A stretch of 64,000 bases of DNA, from the NCBI GenBank assembly GCA_965224025.1, contig OZ245033.1, positions 4,032,001-4,096,000 on the forward strand, read 5' to 3'. Below are positions 21,536-30,789 of the stretch, piece by piece (position 1 is the stretch's first letter; every line of letters begins with the position of its first letter). The notes below the pieces were generated by a model. The model saw only the letters and a list, made by a program, of their open reading frames with translations, made no database searches and was not told the DNA's origin. A program made the position numbers and the translations under genes. The DNA is from Candidatus Multivorans sp. Its GTDB lineage: Bacteria; Acidobacteriota; Thermoanaerobaculia; Multivoradales; Multivoraceae.

Positions 21536-21937
21536 CTAGATGCGTGCCTTCTCTTCCCCACTCAAGTTCCCGTGCTCGAGTTCCAGCAGCGTGGACACGG
21601 CGCCCTCGACCGACCCGCCGAAGAACGTCTTCACGACGTGCTGCAAAGCCGAACGCCGCGCCACGGAGGCCGACACGGTGGAGGAGTAGATGTAGCGCGT
21701 TCCGTCCGATTCCGTTTTCAGTTCCCCCTTCTCCACCAGAATCCGCAACGTCGAGCGCACGGCCGAGTAGCTGGGCGCGTCGGCCATGCGCGCGCGAATC
21801 TGCGCCGCCGGAGCGCGTTGAAGCTCGTGGACGATGTCCATGACTTCTCGCTCCCTCCGACTGAGCCGCGGCCGTTCACTCGCCGCCGTCCCAGCTCCCG
21901 TTTCACCCTCCAGTTTCGTTGCTTCGGGATACGTCAT
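21536..21937 (-). CDS. BlaI/MecI/CopY-family repressor (likely premature TAG near C-terminus)
   Basis: LSRREREVMDIV..PSYSAVRSTLRILVEKG..RYIY..ALQHVVKTFFGGS; ALIDRAAEEG follows the TAG in frame. Confidence 0.9.
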   Translation of the reverse strand: MTYPEATKLEGETGAGTAASERPRLSRREREVMDIVHELQRAPAAQIRARMADAPSYSAVRSTLRILVEKGELKTESDGTRYIYSSTVSASVARRSALQHVVKTFFGGSVEGAVSTLLELEHGNLSGEEKARI

Positions 21938-22043
21938 GCGGTCAGCATAGACGATCGGTGCTGAAATATCAACACGCGCCGGAAGGCCGCGCCGACGGTG
22001 ACGCCCATCGCTCCTGGATGGAGCAGGCCGACAGTGGCGATCG

Positions 22044-22592
22044 TCAAGGCAATGCGAGCGGATCGACGGCCGGGCTCAACCGCCCGACGTCTCCGCCCTG
22101 GCGGCCGCGCAGCAGGTTCAACATGCCGTAGTTCCCCTCGTGGCAGGCGTACTCGAACATCGGCAACGGGTTCCTCGTCATCGGCACGACGGCCGTCCAC
22201 GGTCCGGCGAAAGACCCCGGGTCGTCGATCGTGTACTCGTAGACGAGCCGGTCCTCGGTCAGCTTGTCCCCGTAGTCCCACCAGAACTGGTTGTAGGCAT
22301 TCGCGACGTCCGCCTGGGCGGAAAGGCCGTCGCTCGCGCGCCGGTCCTTGGTTCGCCGCGCCAGCGTCCGCTGCTCGAACTGCGCAGCCTCTTCGCTGCT
22401 GAACCGCTCCCGTTCGCCAAGTTCCTCGGGACGCTCGAGCGGCGTGATCGTCCGGAAGTCCCAGACCCCGCGCAGGTCGGGCGCGCCCCAGGGAGTGCGC
22501 TCCAGCTCGGGCGCGCCCTGCTGCGCGGCGAGGGGCGTCCCAGCCAGCACGACGATGGCGAACACTGCGACCGGCGCCTTGCGCTTGCCCAT
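22044..22592 (-). pseudogene. Secreted protein of the ..FEYACHEGNY.. family with internal deletion
   Basis: Signal peptide, RTPWGAPDLRGVW N-terminus joined directly to YEYTIDDP..PWT..FEYACHEGNYG C-terminus. Confidence 0.6.
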
Positions 22593-22623
22593 GCGAGTCC
22601 CTCCCTGCTGTGATGGAAGCAGT

Positions 22624-23949
22624 CTAGCGCCCCGTCTCTCGCTCGCCCGTCAACAGGGATCGGTCCGGCGGCCGGCAGAACCAGATCGACGCCGCGCCCA
22701 GGACGGCCAGGGCGGCGAGGGTCCAGAGCGTGCTGGCATAGGAACCCGTTCGATCCGCCGCGGCGCCGGCCAGGGCCGGTCCGAGAGCGCCGATGACGCC
22801 GATCAGGGCGAGCCGGACGCCGGTCGTGCCGACGAACGCCGCCCGCCCGAAGAACCAGCCGAACACGACGACTTCGCTCGTGTAGGCAAGACCGTAGCCA
22901 AGGCCGATCGCGAAGACGACGGGATACGCCACCGCCGCGGAGGTCGCCGACACGAAGACCGACAGACCGACCGCGGAGAGCAGCAGGGCCAGCGCGAGGA
23001 CGCGCGTCGGCGCCATGAAGTCCCCAAGCGAGCCGCTCAGCCGGCCGAACAGGCTGGAGCCGACCCGCACGCCCAGGATGGTCGATGCGGCAAGCGTGGT
23101 GAAGCCGAGATCCTCCAGATGAAGGCCGCCGTGGGCGGTTACGACTCGCCACGGCACGGTGTTCGCCGCCGTCGCGAAGGTGGCTATCCAGAACTGGGGA
23201 GTGCGCAGAGCGCGCAGCACGACGCCCTTCGGCACCGACTTGCCGGCCGCTTCGGCGCCGCTTCCCGCCAACCCTGCCCCCGCCCGACGACCCGGCTCGT
23301 CGGGGTCCGGACCGCCAGCCTCGACAGGCGGCAGTCCGTCGCGACGCTGGCCCATATCGCTCGGCTGGTTGCGGATGCAGAGCACGGCGACCGCCGCGAC
23401 GAACAGGGAGATCCCGGCGACGATCTGCCAGCCGACCCGCCAGTCCCACGACTTGAGCACGAGGCCTGCCGCCGGCGACCACAGGAAGCCGACGATCGCG
23501 GCGCCCGACAGGATGACCGCCGTCGCCCGCGCCCGATACCTGCGGAACCAGAAGACCGGCATCGCCTGGGCGGGCAGCAGGGTCGAGAAGCCGATCCCGA
23601 TACCGCCGACGAGCGAGTAGCCGACGTAGAGCTCGGCCGCGCTCTCCGCCTGGCTCACCAGCCAGAAGCCGCTGGCGGCGCACAGCGCGCCCGCGGTCAC
23701 CGTGGCCCGGATGCCCCAACGGCGGATGACCGCCGCCGCGACCGGACTGACCAGGCCGTAGGTGAACGTGAACGCCCCGAACATCTGGCCGATCTGCTGG
23801 CGGGTCAGCTCCAGATCGGCGATCAGCGACGACGCGAAGATGCCCAGGCCGTAGTACGCCGGAGCGATACCCAAGCCGTAGGTCAGGAAACCCACGGCGA
23901 CCATCGGCCAGCCGTAGAACCTCCGTCGCGATCCGGGCGAAACGGTCAA
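22624..23949 (-). CDS. MFS transporter
   Basis: RRFYGWPMV start, about 12 TM helices, [11 protein letters not shown] motif. Confidence 0.88.
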   Translation of the reverse strand: MTVSPGSRRRFYGWPMVAVGFLTYGLGIAPAYYGLGIFASSLIADLELTRQQIGQMFGAFTFTYGLVSPVAAAVIRRWGIRATVTAGALCAASGFWLVSQAESAAELYVGYSLVGGIGIGFSTLLPAQAMPVFWFRRYRARATAVILSGAAIVGFLWSPAAGLVLKSWDWRVGWQIVAGISLFVAAVAVLCIRNQPSDMGQRRDGLPPVEAGGPDPDEPGRRAGAGLAGSGAEAAGKSVPKGVVLRALRTPQFWIATFATAANTVPWRVVTAHGGLHLEDLGFTTLAASTILGVRVGSSLFGRLSGSLGDFMAPTRVLALALLLSAVGLSVFVSATSAAVAYPVVFAIGLGYGLAYTSEVVVFGWFFGRAAFVGTTGVRLALIGVIGALGPALAGAAADRTGSYASTLWTLAALAVLGAASIWFCRPPDRSLLTGERETGR

Positions 23950-25058
23950 ACCGCCAGGTCCCCGGCCTGGCCGGCGCCGCCGGCGGGCGGCGACGAATCA
24001 GGGTACAGGTGGCAGGCGACCCGCGCCGGGCCAACCGCTTCGAGCAGGGGCTCCACGCGGTCGCAGCGGCCGAGCGCCTTCGGGCAGCGCGGGTGGAAGC
24101 GGCAGCCGGACGGCGGGTTGCGGACGCTCGGCACTTCGCCGGCGATCAGATGGTGCGCCCTCGCCGCCTCGACCACGGGATCCGGCGTCGGCACGGAGGC
24201 CAGGAGAGCCTCGGTGTACGGATGTCTCGGCCGCTCGAACAACTCGTCGCGCGCGGCGATCTCGACGATCCGACCGAGGTACATCACCCCGATCCGGTCG
24301 CTGATGTGGCGCACGACCGACAGGTCGTGGGCGATAAACAGGTACGTCAGCCCCAGCTTCGCCTGGAGGTCCATCAGCAGGTTGAGCACCTGCGCCTGAA
24401 TCGAAACGTCGAGCGCCGACACCGCCTCGTCGCAGATCAGCAGATCGGGCTCGAGCGCCAGAGCCCGGGCGATGCCGATCCGCTGGCGCTGACCGCCGGA
24501 GAACTGGTGAGGGTAGCGGTCGGCCATCGACGGCAACAGGCCGACCAGGTCGAGCAGCTCCGCGACCCGCTCCCGGAAGCGGCGGCGGCTGCCCGCCACG
24601 CCGTGGACCTTGAGCGGTTCGCCGACGATCTCCCGGACCCGCATGCGTGGATTGAGCGACCCGAACGGATCCTGGAAGACCATCTGCATCCGCCGGCGAA
24701 GCGGCCGCAGCCGGCTCTGGCTGGCTTGCGAGATGTCCTCGCCGTCGAAGACGATGCGGCCGGCCGTCGGCTCCAGCATGCGCAGGATCGCCAGCGCCGT
24801 CGTCGACTTGCCGCAACCGCTTTCCCCCACCAGGCCGAAGGTCTCGCCGCGCCCGAGATCGAAGGACACACCGTCGACCGCCTTGACGGAGCCCACGCGG
24901 CGCCGCATGAGCACGCCTTCGGTGACCGGGAAGTGGACCTTGAGATCCTCAACACGAAGCAGGACCCCCTGGCCGGAGAACGCTGCCGCCCGGTCCTCGA
25001 CACCTCCGACGGCCGTCGCGACCTTCTCGCCCGCCGGAACCGGCCCCCCGCCGGTCAA
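23946..25058 (-). CDS. Oligopeptide/dipeptide ABC ATP-binding protein (OppF/DppF-like)
   Basis: [58 protein letters not shown]. Confidence 0.93.
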   Translation of the reverse strand: MTGGGPVPAGEKVATAVGGVEDRAAAFSGQGVLLRVEDLKVHFPVTEGVLMRRRVGSVKAVDGVSFDLGRGETFGLVGESGCGKSTTALAILRMLEPTAGRIVFDGEDISQASQSRLRPLRRRMQMVFQDPFGSLNPRMRVREIVGEPLKVHGVAGSRRRFRERVAELLDLVGLLPSMADRYPHQFSGGQRQRIGIARALALEPDLLICDEAVSALDVSIQAQVLNLLMDLQAKLGLTYLFIAHDLSVVRHISDRIGVMYLGRIVEIAARDELFERPRHPYTEALLASVPTPDPVVEAARAHHLIAGEVPSVRNPPSGCRFHPRCPKALGRCDRVEPLLEAVGPARVACHLYPDSSPPAGGAGQAGDLAV

Positions 25059-26047
25059 GACGCCGCTTCCCCTTCGTAGCCGTAGCAGGCCCAGGCCCGC
25101 GCGCCGGCGCCGGTTTCGAACGACGGCGGCGCCAGCAGGCACCGATCGTGCGTGTACGGACAGCGCGGCGCGAAAGCGCATCCCGCGGGCAGCGCGGCGA
25201 GATCGGGCGGCTGGCCCTCGATCGAGTCGAGGCGACCGCCGCACTCACCCTCGAGCCGTGGCACGGACCGCAGCAGTGCCTGTGTATAGGGGTGGCGCGG
25301 GTCGGCATAGAGGGCTGCCGCGGGCCCGCTCTCCACGATCCGGCCGCCGTACATGACCGCCACCCGGTCGGCATAGCGCGCGACCACGCCGAGGTCGTGG
25401 GTGATCAGGATGAGCGCCGAATCCGCCTCCCGGGTCCGCTCCTTGAGCAGTTCCAGGATCTGCGCCTGCACCGTCACGTCGAGCGCGGTCGTCGGCTCGT
25501 CGGCGATCAGCAGCCGCGGATGGCAGGCGAGCGCCATCGCGATCATCACCCGCTGGCGCATGCCGCCCGAGAACTGGTGGGGATAGTCGCCGAGCCGCTT
25601 CCCGGCATCGGGAATGGCCACCGACTCGAGGTGTTCCACCGCCTGCTCGAGCGCCTCCCTCCGGCTGAGCCCGCGGTGCAGCCTCAGGGGCTCGGCGACC
25701 TGCCGGCCGATCGTCAGCACCGGATTGAGCGATGACATCGGCTCCTGGAAGATCATCGCGATGCGGTTGCCTCGCACCGACCGGATGCCGGCATCGTCGA
25801 GCGCCAGAAGGTCCTGGCCCTCGAACAGGATTCTGCCGTTCTCGATCCGTCCCGGGTCGGGAATCAGCCGCAGGATGGAAAGCGCCGTGACGCTCTTCCC
25901 CGACCCGCTTTCGCCGACGATCGCCAGCGTCTCGCCCGGCGCGACATCGAGCGACAGCGACGTCACCGCCCTGACCTTCGGCCGGTCGCCGAACCCGCCG
26001 CGGAAGGTGACGTCCAGATCCTCGATCCGGAGCAGAGGTTCCGTCAC
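25055..26047 (-). CDS. Oligopeptide/dipeptide ABC ATP-binding protein (OppD/DppD-like)
   Basis: [48 protein letters not shown]. Confidence 0.95.
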   Translation of the reverse strand: MTEPLLRIEDLDVTFRGGFGDRPKVRAVTSLSLDVAPGETLAIVGESGSGKSVTALSILRLIPDPGRIENGRILFEGQDLLALDDAGIRSVRGNRIAMIFQEPMSSLNPVLTIGRQVAEPLRLHRGLSRREALEQAVEHLESVAIPDAGKRLGDYPHQFSGGMRQRVMIAMALACHPRLLIADEPTTALDVTVQAQILELLKERTREADSALILITHDLGVVARYADRVAVMYGGRIVESGPAAALYADPRHPYTQALLRSVPRLEGECGGRLDSIEGQPPDLAALPAGCAFAPRCPYTHDRCLLAPPSFETGAGARAWACYGYEGEAAS

Positions 26048-26100
26048 GACGGGTCAGGCGCCTCCGCCGGCGGCAAGCCGCCCACGGCTCCCCGCTGCCA

Positions 26101-27870
26101 TCAGAAGCCCATCTCCCGCTTCAGCTCCTGATCGATCCAGAGCCGCGCGTAGATCGGACCCGGACGCACGGCCCCGGCCCGCAGCTCTCCGGCGTAGTTC
26201 TTCACCCACGGCCACCAGGCCGTGTAGATGTAGGGCACCGGCAACCAGAGGTAGGGCGCCTCGTCCAGCATCTCCTTCGTGATCTGCTTGATGATCTGCT
26301 GACGTTCGACTTCGTCCCGGGTCAGGAACATCTCGTGGATCCGGCGGTCGAGGTCCGGGTCCGACCACATCGACGGATTCCAGGTCTGTCCGGTGACGAA
26401 GTTCTTGCGCAGCGTGGTCGTCGGATTCACGTGGCCGCTGGCCATCAGGTAACCCGGGCCGTGGGTGCGGGTGGTCATCATGGACAGGTAGGCTGCGTAC
26501 TCCATGACCTCGATCTCGATCGTCACGCCGATCCGGTCCAGGTAGCTGGCAAGCAGCGGCGCCAGCTCCATCCGCATCGCGTTGTTGGCCGACACCTGCA
26601 TCCTGAACGTGAAGCCGTCGGGGTAGCCCGCCTCGGCTAGCAGGCGGCGCGCCTTCTCGGGCTTGTACTCGAACAGTTCCTGCACCGACGGCGGCATCGC
26701 CTCGAGCGGCTCGAAGTAGCCCTCGAACGCGGGGTGCTGCGGATAGGCGAACAGCTCGGCGTTGCCGCCGAAGAACAGGTCGACGATCTCGCGCTGGTTC
26801 ACCGCCAGGTTCATCGCCCGCCGGACTCTCCGGTCGTCGAACGGCGCCTGGTCGACCCGCATGACCATGAAGGTGCCGACGGTCGACAGCCACCGCGACC
26901 AGCGCAGTTCAGGCGTCGTCTTCTGCAGGTGATCGACGGCGATCCAGCGGATGTACTCGAGGATGTCCAGCTTGCCCGTGCGAATGGCGGTCAGGTAGGT
27001 CGCCTCGTCCTTGATCGTGCGGTACGTGAGTTCGTCAATGAAGGGGATCTCGTAGCTCTTCCCGCCGATCGTCGTCCGGTCCCAGTAGTCCGGCCGGCGG
27101 ACGTAGGTCTGCGAGTTACCGGGAATGAACCGTTCCAGCGTGAAGGGACCGGACCCCGTGAGGTTGCGCCAGTCCTTCGGGTCCACCTCGCCGAGTTCGC
27201 GCGGCACGATGCCGGAGAAGTAGCCGTAGCCGAACCGGTAGTCCCACTCGGCGTTGAACTCGCCGAACTCGAAGACCACCGTGTGGTCGTCGCGAGCCAC
27301 CACGCGGTCGATGTGATCGAAGTAAGTCGGGATCGCCTTCGGACTGTCGCGCAGGCGCTCGAAGCTGAAGACGACATCGTGGGCGTCGAACTCCCGCGAC
27401 CTCATGACGCCCGGCTTGTCCGGGAACATCACGCCCCGCCGAAGCCGGATCGCCAGCGTCAACGGATCTTCCCATTCCCAGCTCTCGGCCAGCTCGCCGC
27501 GGATGACCTCGGGGGACAGGTACGCCTCCGAAACGAATCGCTGGTCACCGCCCCGGACCGCCGCCTGGTCGAGGTCGCCGACGAAGAGCTGTTCGTAGAA
27601 CATCCCGGTGTCGTGGTTCTGCTTCCAGTTCCAGTCCGTCGTGTCCCACGACAGCGCCGACAGCGTCACGTAGACCGTGCCCACGTTCAACTCGCCGCCG
27701 TACCGCGGGACCTCGGGCGCGAGACGATCCGGCATCAGGCCGCCGTTGCCCATGTCCGTGCCGGAAGCCGTCGTGTGACGGCGGTCCGGTCCGTCGAGAC
27801 ACCCACTCAGGAGCAGCGCGAGAACCCCGGCAGCGACCCACCCTCCTGTTCCCGGCCCGGAATGCCCCAT
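26101..27870 (-). CDS. Family-5 ABC substrate-binding lipoprotein
   Basis: Lipobox LSGC; GELAESWEW, LRRGVMF, GSGPF, PFDDRRVRRAMNLAVN, ARRLLAEAGYPDGF. Confidence 0.9.
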   Translation of the reverse strand: MGHSGPGTGGWVAAGVLALLLSGCLDGPDRRHTTASGTDMGNGGLMPDRLAPEVPRYGGELNVGTVYVTLSALSWDTTDWNWKQNHDTGMFYEQLFVGDLDQAAVRGGDQRFVSEAYLSPEVIRGELAESWEWEDPLTLAIRLRRGVMFPDKPGVMRSREFDAHDVVFSFERLRDSPKAIPTYFDHIDRVVARDDHTVVFEFGEFNAEWDYRFGYGYFSGIVPRELGEVDPKDWRNLTGSGPFTLERFIPGNSQTYVRRPDYWDRTTIGGKSYEIPFIDELTYRTIKDEATYLTAIRTGKLDILEYIRWIAVDHLQKTTPELRWSRWLSTVGTFMVMRVDQAPFDDRRVRRAMNLAVNQREIVDLFFGGNAELFAYPQHPAFEGYFEPLEAMPPSVQELFEYKPEKARRLLAEAGYPDGFTFRMQVSANNAMRMELAPLLASYLDRIGVTIEIEVMEYAAYLSMMTTRTHGPGYLMASGHVNPTTTLRKNFVTGQTWNPSMWSDPDLDRRIHEMFLTRDEVERQQIIKQITKEMLDEAPYLWLPVPYIYTAWWPWVKNYAGELRAGAVRPGPIYARLWIDQELKREMGF

Positions 27871-27875
27871 GATGC

Positions 27876-28772
27876 TCAAGTTCCTCTCATTCTCGGATCC
27901 AGCAGATCGCGCAACGCATCCCCGAAGACGTTCGCCGAGTAGACCACCACGGTCAGGCAGATGCCCGGCGCCAGCGCCAGCCACGGCCCCAGGTAGAGGT
28001 AGGTACGGCCATCACCGCTCAGCATGCCGCCCCAGGTCGGCGCCGGCGGCGGCACGCCCAGACCCAGAAACGAAAGCGCCGCCTCCGACAGGATGACGGC
28101 GCCGACGCGGGTCGTGAACAGCACGATGACGACCGGCATCACGTTCGGCAGGATGTGCCGGCGAAGGATGTGGAAGGTGCCGGCGCCGATCGACTGCGCG
28201 GCGTGCGTATAGACGTGCTCCCGCACCGAGGTCACCGCGCCGCGCACGATCCGCGATCCGGCGATGCCGTAGAGCAGACCCAGAATGATGACGATCTGGG
28301 TGATTCCCGGACCGACCACGGACACGATGACGATCAGGAGCACCAGGTCCGGGAAGGTCATCCAGGCGTCGACCATGCGCTGCGTCAGCATGTCGAACCA
28401 GCCGCCGAGGTAGCCCGACAGCACGCCGATCACGATCGACACCACGGTGGCCAGGGCGGCGGCGCAGAAACCGACGATCATCGACAGGCGAGCACCCATC
28501 AGGACCCGCGAGAAGAGGTCCCGGCCGAGGTGGTCCGTGCCGAGCAGGAACTGCGGGGACGGCGGCTCCAGGCGATGCGCTAGGTCGGTCTCGTTGATGC
28601 CGTAGGGCGCGAGCACGCCGGCGAAGATTCCGCTCAGCAGGAAGATCACGAAGACCACGGCGCCGGCGGCTCCCAGCGGTTTGGTCCGGAACAGGCGGAC
28701 CGTGAAGCGCCACCACCGCGACTGGCCACGCTCCGGCGGGGCGTCGGTTCCGGCTGCGGCAACACTGGTCAT
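27876..28772 (-). CDS. Peptide ABC permease (OppC/DppC-like)
   Basis: LLGTDHLGRDLFSR, RHILPN, EAALSFLGLG, GDALRDLLDPR. Confidence 0.95.
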   Translation of the reverse strand: MTSVAAAGTDAPPERGQSRWWRFTVRLFRTKPLGAAGAVVFVIFLLSGIFAGVLAPYGINETDLAHRLEPPSPQFLLGTDHLGRDLFSRVLMGARLSMIVGFCAAALATVVSIVIGVLSGYLGGWFDMLTQRMVDAWMTFPDLVLLIVIVSVVGPGITQIVIILGLLYGIAGSRIVRGAVTSVREHVYTHAAQSIGAGTFHILRRHILPNVMPVVIVLFTTRVGAVILSEAALSFLGLGVPPPAPTWGGMLSGDGRTYLYLGPWLALAPGICLTVVVYSANVFGDALRDLLDPRMRGT

Positions 28773-28779
28773 GCCGCGC

Positions 28780-29730
28780 TCATCCGTACCGCACCTTCGG
28801 ATCGAGCCAGCCGTAGCTCAGGTCGACCAGCAGGTTGATCAGGAGCACCGCGACGCCGACGACCAGGAAGACACCGGAGATCACCGGGTAGTCCCGCTCG
28901 TAGACGCCCTCAAGCAACAGCAGCCCCATGCCGGGGATGACGAAGATCTGCTCCATCACGACGGTGCCGCCGATCAGTAGCGGCGCCTGCAGGCCGATCA
29001 ACGTGACCACCGGAATCAGCCCGTTCTTCAGCGCGTGCTGGACGACGACCGCCCGCTCCCTCAGACCCTTGGCCCGCGCGGTGCGCACATAGTCCTGGCG
29101 CATCACCTCGAGCATCATCGTCCGCGTCATCCGCATGGTGACCGCCGACATCGACAGTCCGAGCAGGATCGCCGGCACGATCAGGTGGGTCAGGTTCGCG
29201 ATCGGGTCAACGAGAAACGGCGTGTACTCGAGTTCCGGCGCCCATCGCCACCAGACGGACGGAAAGACCATGACCAGGGTGCCGAGCCAGAACCCGGGGA
29301 TGGCCAGCATGACGAGCGAGAACGAACGGGCCGTGTAGTCGAGGGTGGAGTCCTGCCGGGTGGCCGAGAAGATGCCGATCGGCACGGCCACGGACAACGC
29401 GACGACCATTGCCAGCAGGCCCAGCTCGAACGTCACCGGCAACCGTTCCACGATTTGCTCCGTCACCGGCGTGCTGCGCCAGAGCGACTGGCCGAGATCT
29501 CCCTGCAGCGCGCTGCCCGCCCAGCGAACGTACTGCGAGGCCATCGGCTGATCGAGCCCCATCGCCGCCTCGAGGGCCTCCCGATCGAGGGAGGTCGAGA
29601 CATCGTTCTGCGCCAGCATCAGGTCGATCACGTCGCCGGGAATGACCCGCATCGACACGAAGACGATCAGGCTGGCGAAGAACAGGGTCGGCGCCATCGC
29701 CAGCAGACGCCGCAGGATGTATGTCTTCAT
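28780..29730 (-). CDS. Peptide ABC permease (OppB/DppB-like)
   Basis: YILRRLL, GDLGQS, DYVRTARAKGL, HALKN, DLSYGWLDPK. Confidence 0.95.
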   Translation of the reverse strand: MKTYILRRLLAMAPTLFFASLIVFVSMRVIPGDVIDLMLAQNDVSTSLDREALEAAMGLDQPMASQYVRWAGSALQGDLGQSLWRSTPVTEQIVERLPVTFELGLLAMVVALSVAVPIGIFSATRQDSTLDYTARSFSLVMLAIPGFWLGTLVMVFPSVWWRWAPELEYTPFLVDPIANLTHLIVPAILLGLSMSAVTMRMTRTMMLEVMRQDYVRTARAKGLRERAVVVQHALKNGLIPVVTLIGLQAPLLIGGTVVMEQIFVIPGMGLLLLEGVYERDYPVISGVFLVVGVAVLLINLLVDLSYGWLDPKVRYG

Positions 29731-29821
29731 GGGAAGGTGTCAGAGAATACAGGCGCGCGAACCTCATGGGGACACCGGCGTCCCCGAAGAACGACGCTCT
29801 CAAGCCAACCTGCCCTGATCG

Positions 29822-30574
29822 ATGCTCCCGGCAGCCATCCTTCTGACCGTCCTCGCGACGGCGATCATCTCCGGCGTGCTCGGGATGGCCGGCGGCCTGA
29901 TGCTGATGGCAGTGCTGGCGAGCATCCTGCCGGTGACCGCAGCCATGATCCTGCACGGTGCCGTGCAGGCGGCTTCGAACGGCGCGCGATTCCTGTTTCT
30001 GCGGGACCGCATGATGTGGGGCGTCCTGCCCTGGTACGGTGCCGGCGCCGCCCTCTCGGTGCTCGTCTTCGTCTCGCTCGTGGTCGTTCCCGACCCGGCG
30101 CTGGTGCTGATCCTGGTCGGCAGCTTTCCGTGGCTCGCCAGGCTACTTCCGACGCTACGGGGGCTGGACGTGCGCAACCCCAGGACTGCCACCGCCTGCG
30201 GCGCCGCGGTGACCGCGGCGCAGCTCCTGGCCGGCGCTTCCGGGCCCCTGCTGGACGCCTTCTACCTCGAGACGAACGTGGATCGGCGCACGATCGTCGC
30301 CACGAAGGCGTTCACCCAGACCGTCGGCCATCTGCTGAAGATCGGCTACTACGTCTGGGTCTCGCGCACTCTGCTCACGGAGCTGCCCGGAAGAGTGCCC
30401 GCGCCCTGGCTGATCGCCGGAGGCATGGTCCTCGCGATCGCCGGCGCCCGCATCGGCATCCTCCTTCTCGCCCGGCTCGACGACCGGCAGTTCCGGCGTG
30501 TCACGGGACCGGTCATCCTGGCCCTGGGAGCGGTGTGCGTGGTGCAGGGCGTACGCGAACTGTTGGCCGGCTAG
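29822..30574 (+). CDS. TSUP (TauE/SafE-like) membrane transporter
   Basis: ISGVLGMAGGLMLM, GASGPLL, IVATKA..QTVGHLLK; multiple TM helices. Confidence 0.8.
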   Translation: MLPAAILLTVLATAIISGVLGMAGGLMLMAVLASILPVTAAMILHGAVQAASNGARFLFLRDRMMWGVLPWYGAGAALSVLVFVSLVVVPDPALVLILVGSFPWLARLLPTLRGLDVRNPRTATACGAAVTAAQLLAGASGPLLDAFYLETNVDRRTIVATKAFTQTVGHLLKIGYYVWVSRTLLTELPGRVPAPWLIAGGMVLAIAGARIGILLLARLDDRQFRRVTGPVILALGAVCVVQGVRELLAG

Positions 30575-30629
30575 GCGGCTGCGCTGCGCGCGCAGCGCTG
30601 ACTCGCAGGAAACGGCGCGGCGTCCGGAT

Positions 30630-30655
30630 GAGGGCGAGACGCCCGCGTTCCCAGG
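30630..30655 (+). repeat. REP-like 26-mer, degenerate copy 3
   Basis: GAGGGCGAGACGCCCGCGTTCCCAGG shares its 3' 15 nt with copies 1 and 2. Confidence 0.65.
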
Positions 30656-30789
30656 AGCTTGTTCCATGCAAGTCAGCGCGGCACGAAAGCGCGGAGCCGC
30701 CTGCGGTCGGAGCCCCCGGCGTTTGCTGCTGGCCTGTATCCTGCATATACATTCTCCCTCTCACTTCCTCACTTCGGCCTCACTTCCGC

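Noticed and set aside
29035-30789. N-terminal extension making a 1345-aa VWA protein
   Set aside because: Overlaps the oppB-like gene (antisense) and the TSUP gene (other frame); GC-rich open-frame artefact
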